A stretch of 64,000 nt of DNA. Source: a virus. Below, in pieces: positions 9,701 through 20,072 of the stretch (its first letter is position 1; each line of letters opens with the position of its first letter). The notes beneath the pieces are model-generated. The model was not told the DNA's origin, did not search any database, and saw nothing but the letters and a program-made list of their open reading frames with translations. Location: positions 32,001-96,000 of the IMG/VR virus record IMGVR_UViG_3300045747_000454, one strand, 5' to 3'. Both the position numbers and the translations under genes were made by a program.

Positions 9701-11169
9701 CCAAAGACGATGCGATTGCGATTGCGAATCGTCAGCGTTGTATTCAGCGGTGGCTGTGTCAAATGGGTGATGACGAATGAGAAGTGTGGCGAGGTGAAGG
9801 TTGCACCAGTCGGAGTCGCCACAACCCAACCAATGTATCCCTCCAGCTCGCTGAAAACGGTGTAGTACGGAGCCGCTGCATCAGCGGCGATGATGCGCCA
9901 AACGTCAGCTGGATTGGCGGTCAGCGTAGCGTCGATGTTCGTGATGGTCGCGTAGGCGTTCGCGACGCTGTTGTACTCTGGGTGCCCAGGCTCACGCACA
10001 TCGAACTCGCCGTAGGCGTTGAAGTAGAATGGCGGTGAGAAGGACGCGAAGGCTTCGCTGACGTACTGCGTCGATGCGCCAGCAGAGTCGCCAACCCAGC
10101 CAAGATAGCCAGCCACCACGCTCGTGCCATCGGCAAGCAGCTGATTCAACAATGGCTCGTAGTTGCTTCGAAAGAGTGGCAACGCTGGGTCACCAGACAC
10201 ATTCGACCACGGCAGATGACTGGCGCCAGTCGCATCAACGTCAATGAGACGATGATACAGAGTGTTGTAGGCTGTGAGGCTAGTTGAAGGCAGCAGCGCC
10301 ACTCGGTCCTGCACCCAAGAGATTAGCTTGTAGCCAGTAAGCACCGGCACCGTGAAGCCGTCGGTGATTAGGCGATTGCGAAGTACGGTGTAGTCGGCGA
10401 CGGCCGGCGCAGCGTTGACGGTTGCCAGCAGCCCATTGAGCAGCGTTCGAGCATCAGTCGAGATGGTCAACGCTCCAATCGCCGTGAGCAGCGCCTTGAC
10501 CTTGGAGATGGCAGACTTCGAATTCGTCGTGTCATTGCCACGCAGTCGAGCAATCTCTGACGCGTGAGAGACAATACCGTCCTTGCGAACATCCACCCAC
10601 TGTGGCAAAAAGTGCTCACCAGCGTCGTCCGTCTGACGAACTCGAAACTGAAAGGCACCTTGACTGCGAAAGTAGTCGAGACCTTCGTACAGTGGTTCGG
10701 TGCGAGCGCGAACGCCCTCACGCTCAACCAACACGTCGGCGACACCGTCAAACGTCTGCTTCGAGTAGACGTACGGGACGGTCGACAGCTCGCTGACCTC
10801 GTCTCGACCAACCTTGATTGCGCCGACGCCTGGCAGTAGCGTGAGCGGATCCGTGTTCAGTGGCCAGCCCTTGCCAAACGGCGAGTGCAGCGCCTTCATC
10901 GGCATTGCGAGCGATGAACCAACACCACCAGAGAAGTAGTTGTACAGCCAGGTCGAGCTGACGTGCGTGAAGGTCTTCGTAGCCTCGGTGAGCTTGACGC
11001 TCATCGTGTCAGCGAACTGATACTCCTCGACGACGTCGGTCAGCTTAGAGTGATATGGCTTTGTGTCCTCGATGAAGGAAGCCAGCGCACCAACGTAGCG
11101 GGAGGACCGCGTCAGAAAGTTATTCGACTGAGCGTACCTTGCGCTGCGATTGTGGAAAGTGTTGGCCAT
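6769..11169 (-). CDS. Large baseplate-associated structural protein (1466 aa)
   Basis: N-terminal FIEDTKPYHSKL motif seen in wedge proteins; repeated beta modules ending GDxFxF; directly follows the 2946-aa gene. Confidence 0.65.
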   Translation of the reverse strand: MANTFHNRSARYAQSNNFLTRSSRYVGALASFIEDTKPYHSKLTDVVEEYQFADTMSVKLTEATKTFTHVSSTWLYNYFSGGVGSSLAMPMKALHSPFGKGWPLNTDPLTLLPGVGAIKVGRDEVSELSTVPYVYSKQTFDGVADVLVEREGVRARTEPLYEGLDYFRSQGAFQFRVRQTDDAGEHFLPQWVDVRKDGIVSHASEIARLRGNDTTNSKSAISKVKALLTAIGALTISTDARTLLNGLLATVNAAPAVADYTVLRNRLITDGFTVPVLTGYKLISWVQDRVALLPSTSLTAYNTLYHRLIDVDATGASHLPWSNVSGDPALPLFRSNYEPLLNQLLADGTSVVAGYLGWVGDSAGASTQYVSEAFASFSPPFYFNAYGEFDVREPGHPEYNSVANAYATITNIDATLTANPADVWRIIAADAAAPYYTVFSELEGYIGWVVATPTGATFTSPHFSFVITHLTQPPLNTTLTIRNRNRIVFGPDAPLETWTVIKTTPTSYTRPTLTTTRYGYLSNVALSGQLLDTGYVVLTARADGTTFDVTHDRMPSFTGVATVGNQITFAGRIGFRINAGSAYTFHEGDRFFIHVKNDPAKIEDLDLGFGYDLDSFDNQDALYAGTTTAINFAYATRFTDYDMVLFNLQMAQNAVAGRKWRITAIPDLARPVATDVPIGGAPIPPEISVYYASTFAVTYSDNNFTTSTSLGTVAVGATFNNTAQGISFTLVEGTRPFIGVVINDVPAVSGGDVFSFGISNPNAVLDDLPAGLSSIYGARLMPHGDGFYEAPAGNWTVTFTSATTYTVACIRTDGGAAIPTTTCTLTALGAGANEGYSFKALGIHFTLRPGDAGFGAGDKFTFKTFTSKPTYLVHGSTSGWQANAVVGDAYWNGKIGFTIQQPTAMLHNSAMLEPTSLNHWTVGAGTLALTRLRFDAPNRTYTLTPVLQASVNIGWTVHASDRGIVGRLPMIGTFTDDHITLIANFTAADVVSLRLVITADDFDTWAGQDVIILNPDALDRRPNTNDFLLVDGRLNESLGINLNYDLSVSVPSITQLAPISIDPHYTDTTTGLSPIALSTTSPETDLLTTWLPLTLSPRDSATSIAVFSDDQTAIDVRSTSTGDLVGTLTGSVFTWDATFSAAYLPLNSEANIVIYNAGSGDRVRANITETLNFFISAGLTSTDYLLHDTAAVSMPETNDWVINIAQPESAATGVSDAQTGRFLAGHGNLPYDSEDNVNGYFDLGVPLTGTFMTAKELSVLPSPTVAQTVKLQQALILLSGFLVNNDIAQTELVDYLGLVEAHIAAHPEELLPSLTGFGYPESGVAFGSVMRDALLVVATNITTGLATAILHSNTLPIGQTVPNPLIQPAGTTYEGFSTPLTVTSPANVVQIRFLWTESNYAAFLAMPIPQVWVWLPGATAAVQLTATRVLMHEAAPVDYRLHEASWAIEVTLPSLTEAKIYLVPGP

Positions 11170-11172
11170 TTA

Positions 11173-14100
11173 TTAGTCGTACGTTGATGCGGCTGAGGTG
11201 TCATTGACGACGCGGATTGAGTAGACGGACAGGCGCGACGTCTTGAAGACGTCCGTCAGCTCGAAGTTCGAAGCCAGCAGGTCATTCAGAGCGCCAAAGA
11301 AGACCTCATTGATTTGCATTGGCTTAGCGGCTGTCCAGATTGTCGTCATTGTCTTTCGCGTTGCGGCGGCTGTTTCGAACCACTTGTCCTGGTCGTTGAA
11401 GTCGAGAGCGGTGATGAAGTCGGCAGGATAGGCGCCACTTGCGGATGGCGGGACTGTCTTGTCGACGAGCTGTGTATTTACAATGGTTTTGGTGACGGTG
11501 GAAATCAACAAATCCTTCGGTGCCAGCGTCTGCTCGGGTCCGAACCCAAACTGCGTGCGAGTACCGTTGCGCTCGTCATAGCCGACGCGCCGCAGCGCTG
11601 GCACGGCGTTGCCGGCTGCGTCCTGTCCTGCCAGCGAGTCCGTCAGCTTCAGCCACAGCGCTTCTGGAATCGTCGTGCGCTGTCCAGGACGAATCAGCGT
11701 CCACTCGGTGTGCGTGTCCTTCAGGTCGAGCTGGTTCGGGTCGTCGCGCAGCGTGAAGTTGCGCGTGAAGCGCAGCTTGAACGTGTCGTCCTTGCCAACG
11801 ACGTAGGACAGACCAGAGATCGTGATGGCGTCGTAGCGATAGCTCTGCGAGCCACTTGGCGGCAGCAGATGCTGAAAGGTCAGATAGTTAGCCGGACCAT
11901 CGCGCAGCGCCTGAGCGATTGCGTTGGTCGACAGCTTCTTGTTGCGAGCGGCGATGGTCTTGTTGGTGACCCAGAAGTAGTAGATCGGCGAGGACGGTGC
12001 GCCATCGATGTCGCGCGTCGACAGCACGACGTACTCATAGTCCTTCTTGTACTGATGTTGAAAGGTCAGGTCATCGGCAACATCTGGGTTGAATGCCAGC
12101 TCGGCAGCGCTCGGTTCGTACTTGCGAATGATTGCCACGACGGTCGAGTACGGTTGAACGTTGGCGACGGTGATGGTTGCACCGGTAATGGTGTAGTTCG
12201 CCGTCAGCTGAATCAAACCATCGACGTAGACTGAGGTGCGTGAAGCGTCGATGTCAGTGGTGCTGACCAGCGGAGACGCACCAACGGTGGATAGGCGAAC
12301 TGTGTCAACGACACTCCAGTCGGTCCACGCCGTAGCGTAGCGCTCGATGACCGTGCCGTCGTTCAGCGTCCACGGTGTCTTGGCGTAGGCGACCGCCTCT
12401 TGAACCTGAGTCAGCGTGAAGGCTGGCGCAGAGATGAGCTCACCAAGGTATGGCTTCCAAGCTGAGTTCGGCTGCTTGCCATCGGCATCAAGCTCTGCCT
12501 GCGTTGGCACAGACCAAGCGCGCCACTCGGTGCGACCAGCATCGAGCGTGTCATTGGAGAAGCCGTCAGTTGGAATGGCTGGCCACGGTGTAATTTCAGA
12601 GAGCGTCGCAGCATCGCGAATCGTCACGTTGGCGCCAAGCGCTGCAGCAATCGAGTCGCGCAGCACGGTCACACTCGCCGTGCCGCCAGTCATCGTCGTC
12701 ACGGAGATGCGCAGACCGAAGGTCGGCAGATCGAACAGCTGAACCTCGCCAGTCACGAACTCGACGTTCGGCGCTGGTGGTTCAACGATGCTGGTCGTAG
12801 CGATGGACGATTGCGAGATGGCAAGCAGCTCAACGCGACCGCTGTCGACCTCAGTGACGCGCAGCGAGTGCGTGTAGTCGTAGATGATGACGCCGGTGTT
12901 CGTCTCAAGGCGAGCAGCGACATTGTCGTCCTGCAGCAGGTGCGAGAACAGCATTGGACCGACTACGTCCGTGTAGGTCAGCATCGAAACGGCGACCTTC
13001 AGCGTGATGCCAGCCAGCGTCAGCGTGACTGGCGCCAGAGTAGGCTGCGGCTGCGCCGTCTCGACGAAGCGCTTGGCACCAATGGCAACGACTTGACCCT
13101 CGCTCAGTGGGCGCAGGTCTGTTGCCACATTGTTCCAGGCGCCGATGCGAGAACCGAGCACGATGCCGTAGTCGCTGAACAGACCACGCTCAAGCGAGGC
13201 GGTGGTGCCATTGATGTAGAGGCGAGAGTCGAACGAGTGATTGAAGACTGGGTGAATCTCTGCAAGTGGGCGCGCTGCCTTCGACCAAGCGATTGGACGA
13301 ATGCTCCACTCGCGGTCACGAAGGTAGGTTTGCTGCAGCGCAACCTCACCGGCAGCCTTGGTGTTCGAATCAAGGCTGGCGTTACCAGCCTGCTCAGCGG
13401 CGAGCGCGTTGTACTCGCTTGGTGGCACTGGCGACTGCACCCACTCGTAGATGTCGATGGTCGAATAGTCGGTCAGCGCACCCCAGCGCGAGAGGCGAGC
13501 TGGACGATCTTGAAAGATGACATCGTCGTAGTACGGCAGATAGGCGAGATTTGTCGTATCGAACCAGACACGACCCAGCTCGTTGTCGCCCCATGGGCGC
13601 AGCGGGTCATACGAATTGTTGTTCGCTACCTTCGTGCTGACGTTGTACTTCGCTGGGTTGATCATTGAGGTGACGTTGACTGACTCGAGCGCCGTGGCGT
13701 TGTGCTGACCAGCGGCAGGATGCCAGAATGGAATCTCCTCGATCAGCTCGTTAGCCACGTAGTTGATCAGCTTGATTGGGCTGTACTTCGGCGTGGCGGC
13801 TCCATAGCCGGTGATGGTGATCGAGCCAGCCGTGCCAGCGATCACCGTCGTGGCGTTCAGCTGCGTTGCCAGCGAATCGCTGATGACCAGCTTGTCGGCA
13901 ATGAAGGGCACCGTGATGACCTCACCGACCGTCACGACCTTGGTGTACGAGCCAAGCACGGCAGCCTTGAAGAACGTGTCGAGGTTCAGGTCATCGATCG
14001 AGAACCAACGAGCCTCATCGTAGTTGTAGATTGGCGTGAAGCCCTCGTTCGACAGCGTGCGGCTATCGAATTGCAGCTGCGTGAACTGTTGCACGGTGTC

Positions 14101-17100
14101 GGTCGTCTTCAGCTTCAGCTCTGGGAAGGTGCGCTCACGAGCGTCACCGTACTCGGCAACCTTGTACGCCCAGTACTCGTCGATCTTCGCCTCTTGAAAG
14201 CGATCGTTGTTCAGAAAGGCGGTCACCGACATGTTGGTGCCCTTCATCTGAATCAGACCACGCCAGAAGTTGAACTGCGACTTCTCTTGAATGTCGAGGT
14301 TGTCGAAGTAGTCCTTCGTGTTGAAGCCAAGCAGCGCCAGCGCGTGGCGAGTTGTCTGCACGGTCTCGAAGGCCTTCGACGGATCGTAGTAGGCGGCGAT
14401 GTTGTCGGTCGAAGCCTGCAGATTCTGACGAACCTCATTGCCAACGAGGTAGTGACCACCATACTCTGGTCGCATCGTCTCAGATCCCTGACGACGACCG
14501 TTGAACTTGTAGGTCACGACGCGTGAGCCGGTGAATGGTTGATACAGCACACCGTTGCTGATGCTGCTCTCAACGTAGCGTCCAAAGATGAAGAGGTGTT
14601 CATACTCGTCGAGCTGAGCGTGCGCCGAGTACATTGCCACCGCGCTACCGAAGCGCGACAGCTTGTTGCCGCGAATGGCGTAGATTTCGTCCGAGCGCAT
14701 CTTGCGTCCGCCAAGGTCGAAGACCGCTGGGTGAATGTTGATGTCAAACAGACCAGCATCGGAGAACTCTGACAGCAGCCCAGAGTCCTGTTGAATCCAC
14801 AGCTGCTCTGTGAATGGCGAGACGACGATGCCCTGCTCGACCTCAACACCAAGATACAGCGTGTTCAGGAACTTCTCAATCTCGAGCTGCCACGTGCGAA
14901 GACGATTCGTTTCAGCGTCTGTGTTCGTCTCAAGGTCGAGCGCGAAGCGCCAACCGTCGACAAGCAGCTTCTGCGTGTAACCGAAGAGGAAGTTGACAAC
15001 GTTCTGCGCACCGGTGATTGTCAGCGGGAAGTCGGCAGTCAGCACGCCAGTGTTCTGCGTGTACTGCTTCCAAACGGTGTCCGTCGTTCGCTGGTCGAGA
15101 ACGTTGAACGTCTCGAACGTTCCAGCAGGGTCGACATTGTAGTAGTCGACGCTAGTGTGCAGCGGATTGTAGTTCTCGATACGGAATGTCCAATCGGCAG
15201 CGTCGGTAGCTGGATGAACCAGACCGTCGTCGGTGAGAACGTTGTCGCCGATGATCGTGATCGAGATGCGCAATCCGTAGATCCACAGGTCGCGCGTGAA
15301 GCTGTTCTTCTTGACGATGAGGTCGTAGCTCGACGTCGTCAGAGAGTCTGAGTCGGTGTAGACAACGAGGTCATCAGTCGAAACGAGACCACCAGCACGG
15401 TAGCCCATGTCAACATCCCAATTACGATAGGCGTCGATGGCGTAGGAGCCAGTTGTGTCGATGGCGACTTGTCGAAGAGCGTGCGTGAAGGTCTGACCGA
15501 AGCCATGAAAGATGTGGCGCAGCGCTGGCGCGAACGTGATGGTCGTCGGCGTGAAGGTGAACTTGTCGCCCTTGTGGAATGGTTGTCCAAAATCCTCGAT
15601 GCGCAGCCCAGTGAGCCCTGATAGATTGACCGTGGCACCCTCACGAGCGTAGCCGATGATGACGCCAGCTGAGTTGCGAACCGTAAAGTTCTGATAGCGC
15701 TGATTGCCGGCAACCTCATAGGCGTCATAGGTGATTGTGCCGCTGATGGTCGCGCTCGTGATTGAGCAAGAGCTCGCACGGTCGATTTGACGAATCTCGT
15801 CGCCATGCAGCAGAAAGCGCTTGTGGCCTGGAATGCTGACGTCGTAGCCATCGTAGAGCAGACCATCAACGGACACCCAGTTGTAGCCCCAGCAGTAGCT
15901 GAGGAACAGCAGCGGGTCGTACTTGAACAGAGCGCGCACGAGCGAGTAGCGATACTCGACGGTCGTCTTCCACGCCGTCTCGACTGGACTGTTCTGTCCG
16001 TAGGCGTAGCCGTTCAGCTTGTTCGGTGGACTCTGCGTTGTCAGCGCATTGACTGACTGTGGGTTGGTTGCGCTGACGTACGGCGCGAGCAGCACGTCGC
16101 GAACCGTATCAACGGAGAGGCGCAGCGTCGGACGACGACTTTGAATGTTGGCCCAGAGCGACGCGTTCCAGTAGCGAACCTGCTGAAAGACGACCGAGCT
16201 AACACCAAGGTTGGCAACGCTGTAGCGCAGCACCCACTTGGTGCCAACGTACGAGGTGCCCTCAAGAACGGCAACGTAGCTGTTCTGAATCAGCGAGACG
16301 GCAGCACGAGTCCAACCGCCAGCCGAGGCGGTCCAAATCCCGTTGTTGGCTGCTGTGGTTTCGCTGGTCAGCAGCACGCGGTCTCCAGCGCGCAGAATGA
16401 CTCCATCGATTGTTTGCAACCCTGACAGCACGGTAGAACCAGCCGTGGTCTTGACGGCGCGAACGTAGCCAGCATCGTAGAAGGTGCCGTTGTCAATCGT
16501 GTCTGGCGTGGCGTACGGCTTCGATGCCGCCACGAGCGCGGGCTCTGTCGCATCCCAATCGGCGAACGTAGCGTAGCCGAGCAGGCGCCACGGCTCGATG
16601 TTTGGACGATGCGTGACGAGAACGCCTGACACCGTGCGCTGATGCGCCTCGAGCACGTCGTACCAGCGGGCAGGTGTCGTTGCCACGTTGAGCGTCACGC
16701 CAGGGCTGAGCATGGCGTTCGAGTAGTTCCACGTCAGCGCGTTGGTTGAGACGTAGTCAGAACCCAGCGGGTCGAAGTTGTTGCGTGATGCGAAGAGGAA
16801 CAGCTCCTTCTTGAGCAGGTCTTGATAGTCTGGCGCTGCGAGAATCGCCTGCGCCGCCGATGATCCATCGAAGATGACGCGAGCATTTGGATTGCAGTGG
16901 TCGTACAGGCGCTGTTCAATTTTCAGCAGTACCTGATTGAGCGTGTCAGCGAGGCTGATGACGCGCCAGGCGCCAGCCGAAGCGTCGTAAGCCTCCATGA
17001 TGCTCGTGCCCTGCGTCATGTGAATCCACAGCATGCCATCAAACGGCGCTGGTGGTGGTGTTTGTGCCGTGCCACCAAGCGCTGTTCGGTTGGTACCATT

Positions 17101-20013
17101 CGGCAGCGTGACAACCTTGTCGTACTGAGTGTCGAGAATCTGCTGACGGAAGTCGTTCGAATCAACCCACAGCGACGAGCTGTGCCCATCGTGATGGAAC
17201 AACATCAGCGTGCCAACTATGGTGTTGTAGTCAATGGCTGGGAGAGCTCGTGGTAGCGCGCCAAGCTGCGGCAGCGTGGCTGGGAAGCCAGTGACACCAG
17301 AGGTTGAATCGTACAGCACCTGACGAACGTCATTGTCAGCCGCGCGAATCGACAGAATGTAATCGACGAGAGCGTCAATCTTCGCGTCCTGCGCCGCCGT
17401 ACTATCGTAGTCAACAACGCCGTGCGAGACGAAGTACTGAGCGATGTTCTGCTTGAAGATGTCCTCAACAGCGCCAAGCCCGTTGATGTACTGCTTCTGC
17501 GCTAGGTCGATGATGCTGATTGGAGTCGAATCCTTCTGCATCAGCAGCGCAGCGAGCAGCGAGTGTTGCTCGCTCCAGCTCTTGATGACGCCGCCGAAGG
17601 CTTCATCGAGCGTCGTGCCAGGTGGTTGATTCAGCAGAATGCTGCGAAAGTGTCCATAGAGCGAGCCCTCAAGAATGTCGTCGCTGGCATTGTTGTACGG
17701 GTTGTTGATGAACGACCGCGAGACCTGATAGGCGCCAATCTTGTTGACGTCAGCGGCTTCGCCGCCATAGAGGTCCGCCACGTTGTCAGCAGCATCACGA
17801 TAGACGTAGCGCGGCGACTCGGCGTTGCCGATGCGAATAGTGAAGGTGTCGCCAACGTCGTAGGCAAGCGTGCCATTGGAGATGGTGAAGCTGAGCTCAG
17901 CGCTAGAGTATGGAACGCCGACAGTAGCCGAATTGACTCCGCTTGGAAGAACAACCGTCTTTGAGCCACTGACGCTGAACGTCGTGGGACTAGCTGCTGT
18001 CAGCGTCCACACCTGCTGTTGAGTGGTCGCTGTTGGGATGACAGAAATGATTTGACCCTTGCTAGCGCCAGTGAAGACTGGGGTCGAGGCGACTGGACCA
18101 GCGGAGACCGTGAAGGTGAAGGTTTCACCAACGGCGAACGGAACTTGACCATCGCTGACGAGCAGCGTGAACTGCGTGTTCGAGAAGAGTCCGCCAACGG
18201 TGACAACGCCTGGCGCACCAGCCGGTCCTGAGTTCGAACCTGATGCCAGAAAGGTTGACGGCGATGTTGCAACCAGCGTCCACGTTTGCGGTGTTGCCGA
18301 GTCGAATGGCACCAGGCTGGCGATGACGCCCTTGCCCTTGCCGACGAATGACGTATCAATCAGCGTTGGAACAGAGTAGCCAGCATGCCAGATGCTGTGA
18401 AGCGAACCATTGACCTTGTAGAACAGCGAGTTGCCATTCTCATCTACCAGACCATGATTGAAGATGTAGTCGGCGCTATCGGTCGTGCTTGCCTTGACGC
18501 GCTTCTGCAGCACAGCATCAAGGTCTGCCATCGGATCATCAGCGTAGAAGAAGATGGAGCTGACGCGACCGGCGTGCGTGCCGTCGTACCGATACAGGTC
18601 GAACATCGGCAGCTGATTGAACTCAGTCTTCTGCTGCTCGAACACGTAGCCAGAGTCCGATGGAGCGCCATCAGCATCGACATAGCCATTCAGCTGAAGG
18701 TTGCTATCATACTCGATGATTGGGCGCGATGCCTGAATGATGCCAGCGGTGTCGACGCCAAGCGCTTCAAGCTCAGTGATGCTGTACCAACGATTGCCCT
18801 CACGCCAGTCATTGGTGTTGCTTGGGTCAAGTGAGGCAGACCACGAGTTGCCTGCCGTCGAGGCGAAGAGCTTGTCAGCATTGACCGTACCGCTGCTGCC
18901 GACCCAGACACGAGCGTCAGCTACGATGTAGGCGCCATCGTAGTCTGCAGCGCGCGTCCAAGCGCGAGGACCAACAATGTAGATGCCGTTCTCTGTAGCG
19001 ACGTTATCCTTGACCAGCACGCGCTGTCCGGCTTCGAGAGTGATGCCATCAATCGTCTGATAGGCGTTCAACGTCTCGATGCCGACAATGCGACCCTTGA
19101 GTCCTGACGTAATCGTCTGGGCGATGCTATAGGTGGTGGAGATGAACTGCGTCGAGATGGTGAAGGTGTCGGTGGCAGCGAACTTCTCATTGTCGGACCA
19201 GACGCCAAGCTCGTTGAGAATCGGACTGCGCTGAATTGTCAGCTTGAGCAGCTGAACTGGAGCGCCGGCGCCAAGCTGAACCTTGAAGTAGAACACGTCA
19301 TAGACGACAGATCCAGGCAGCGCAGCATTCACCGTTGGCATCGTCGAGAGCGTGCAGCGCAGCGTTGATGAGTTGATGAGCGTCTGCATTCCGCTGATGA
19401 CCGCCGTGTAGCTGCCAAGCGAGTCGAGAGCCTGCAGCGTGAAGTGCAGTGAATCCGTGAAGGTGATTTTGAAGCGTTGATCAACGAAGCCAGAGCCAGT
19501 GCGAACGACAGATGTTGTGGTGGCAACGACGGCGCTAAGCTTATTCAAGTCAGCGTTGGCTGGGCGAGCAATGGCATAGTACTCTGGGTTTGTCCCAAGC
19601 CAGAAGTAATTGAAGTAGTTGGCGAACTTGTCGATGTTGATTGGTGGCAGGTAGTTGTTTGCCTGCGAGTATAGCCAGCGCTGACCAGCCGTCTTGACGC
19701 CAAGTGTCTCAGCCTTGCGAATGATGTCCTGCACGGTGAAGGCGTGCGTCTCGACGCCCTGCTTGAAGTTCAGCACTGGGATGATGGCGTTGATGTCACG
19801 CTCGACCGTCGACTGTGGAACACGAACCGTCTGGTCATCGAACGACGTTGGCTTGTGGCCGACGTAGCCGTACAGTGGCACGCTCTCGTCGTGCGTCATC
19901 ATTCGATTGAACAGATTGTCGATCAGGCCCGTGATCACAGGGTTCCGAAGGTTGCTCGGGACGTACTGCGTCAGGTCGTTGAACGGAAGGGCAAAGTCGA
20001 TCTTTTGTGCCAT
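11173..20013 (-). CDS. Giant baseplate wedge protein (gp7-like, 2946 aa)
   Basis: Downstream of gp6; PINIDKFANYFNYFW, RPIIEY and IDEYWAYKVAEYG blocks; late promoter at 20039. Confidence 0.65.
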   Translation of the reverse strand: MAQKIDFALPFNDLTQYVPSNLRNPVITGLIDNLFNRMMTHDESVPLYGYVGHKPTSFDDQTVRVPQSTVERDINAIIPVLNFKQGVETHAFTVQDIIRKAETLGVKTAGQRWLYSQANNYLPPINIDKFANYFNYFWLGTNPEYYAIARPANADLNKLSAVVATTTSVVRTGSGFVDQRFKITFTDSLHFTLQALDSLGSYTAVISGMQTLINSSTLRCTLSTMPTVNAALPGSVVYDVFYFKVQLGAGAPVQLLKLTIQRSPILNELGVWSDNEKFAATDTFTISTQFISTTYSIAQTITSGLKGRIVGIETLNAYQTIDGITLEAGQRVLVKDNVATENGIYIVGPRAWTRAADYDGAYIVADARVWVGSSGTVNADKLFASTAGNSWSASLDPSNTNDWREGNRWYSITELEALGVDTAGIIQASRPIIEYDSNLQLNGYVDADGAPSDSGYVFEQQKTEFNQLPMFDLYRYDGTHAGRVSSIFFYADDPMADLDAVLQKRVKASTTDSADYIFNHGLVDENGNSLFYKVNGSLHSIWHAGYSVPTLIDTSFVGKGKGVIASLVPFDSATPQTWTLVATSPSTFLASGSNSGPAGAPGVVTVGGLFSNTQFTLLVSDGQVPFAVGETFTFTVSAGPVASTPVFTGASKGQIISVIPTATTQQQVWTLTAASPTTFSVSGSKTVVLPSGVNSATVGVPYSSAELSFTISNGTLAYDVGDTFTIRIGNAESPRYVYRDAADNVADLYGGEAADVNKIGAYQVSRSFINNPYNNASDDILEGSLYGHFRSILLNQPPGTTLDEAFGGVIKSWSEQHSLLAALLMQKDSTPISIIDLAQKQYINGLGAVEDIFKQNIAQYFVSHGVVDYDSTAAQDAKIDALVDYILSIRAADNDVRQVLYDSTSGVTGFPATLPQLGALPRALPAIDYNTIVGTLMLFHHDGHSSSLWVDSNDFRQQILDTQYDKVVTLPNGTNRTALGGTAQTPPPAPFDGMLWIHMTQGTSIMEAYDASAGAWRVISLADTLNQVLLKIEQRLYDHCNPNARVIFDGSSAAQAILAAPDYQDLLKKELFLFASRNNFDPLGSDYVSTNALTWNYSNAMLSPGVTLNVATTPARWYDVLEAHQRTVSGVLVTHRPNIEPWRLLGYATFADWDATEPALVAASKPYATPDTIDNGTFYDAGYVRAVKTTAGSTVLSGLQTIDGVILRAGDRVLLTSETTAANNGIWTASAGGWTRAAVSLIQNSYVAVLEGTSYVGTKWVLRYSVANLGVSSVVFQQVRYWNASLWANIQSRRPTLRLSVDTVRDVLLAPYVSATNPQSVNALTTQSPPNKLNGYAYGQNSPVETAWKTTVEYRYSLVRALFKYDPLLFLSYCWGYNWVSVDGLLYDGYDVSIPGHKRFLLHGDEIRQIDRASSCSITSATISGTITYDAYEVAGNQRYQNFTVRNSAGVIIGYAREGATVNLSGLTGLRIEDFGQPFHKGDKFTFTPTTITFAPALRHIFHGFGQTFTHALRQVAIDTTGSYAIDAYRNWDVDMGYRAGGLVSTDDLVVYTDSDSLTTSSYDLIVKKNSFTRDLWIYGLRISITIIGDNVLTDDGLVHPATDAADWTFRIENYNPLHTSVDYYNVDPAGTFETFNVLDQRTTDTVWKQYTQNTGVLTADFPLTITGAQNVVNFLFGYTQKLLVDGWRFALDLETNTDAETNRLRTWQLEIEKFLNTLYLGVEVEQGIVVSPFTEQLWIQQDSGLLSEFSDAGLFDINIHPAVFDLGGRKMRSDEIYAIRGNKLSRFGSAVAMYSAHAQLDEYEHLFIFGRYVESSISNGVLYQPFTGSRVVTYKFNGRRQGSETMRPEYGGHYLVGNEVRQNLQASTDNIAAYYDPSKAFETVQTTRHALALLGFNTKDYFDNLDIQEKSQFNFWRGLIQMKGTNMSVTAFLNNDRFQEAKIDEYWAYKVAEYGDARERTFPELKLKTTDTVQQFTQLQFDSRTLSNEGFTPIYNYDEARWFSIDDLNLDTFFKAAVLGSYTKVVTVGEVITVPFIADKLVISDSLATQLNATTVIAGTAGSITITGYGAATPKYSPIKLINYVANELIEEIPFWHPAAGQHNATALESVNVTSMINPAKYNVSTKVANNNSYDPLRPWGDNELGRVWFDTTNLAYLPYYDDVIFQDRPARLSRWGALTDYSTIDIYEWVQSPVPPSEYNALAAEQAGNASLDSNTKAAGEVALQQTYLRDREWSIRPIAWSKAARPLAEIHPVFNHSFDSRLYINGTTASLERGLFSDYGIVLGSRIGAWNNVATDLRPLSEGQVVAIGAKRFVETAQPQPTLAPVTLTLAGITLKVAVSMLTYTDVVGPMLFSHLLQDDNVAARLETNTGVIIYDYTHSLRVTEVDSGRVELLAISQSSIATTSIVEPPAPNVEFVTGEVQLFDLPTFGLRISVTTMTGGTASVTVLRDSIAAALGANVTIRDAATLSEITPWPAIPTDGFSNDTLDAGRTEWRAWSVPTQAELDADGKQPNSAWKPYLGELISAPAFTLTQVQEAVAYAKTPWTLNDGTVIERYATAWTDWSVVDTVRLSTVGASPLVSTTDIDASRTSVYVDGLIQLTANYTITGATITVANVQPYSTVVAIIRKYEPSAAELAFNPDVADDLTFQHQYKKDYEYVVLSTRDIDGAPSSPIYYFWVTNKTIAARNKKLSTNAIAQALRDGPANYLTFQHLLPPSGSQSYRYDAITISGLSYVVGKDDTFKLRFTRNFTLRDDPNQLDLKDTHTEWTLIRPGQRTTIPEALWLKLTDSLAGQDAAGNAVPALRRVGYDERNGTRTQFGFGPEQTLAPKDLLISTVTKTIVNTQLVDKTVPPSASGAYPADFITALDFNDQDKWFETAAATRKTMTTIWTAAKPMQINEVFFGALNDLLASNFELTDVFKTSRLSVYSIRVVNDTSAASTYD

Positions 20014-20038
20014 CTTGCTAGCCAGTGAGAGGATAGGC

Positions 20039-20046
20039 TATTTATG
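20039..20046 (-). promoter_or_regulatory. Late promoter (CATAAATA)
   Basis: TAAATA core 25 nt upstream of the 20013 ATG. Confidence 0.7.
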
Positions 20047-20072
20047 GCATTGCGAGATTTCAAAAAGTTGGG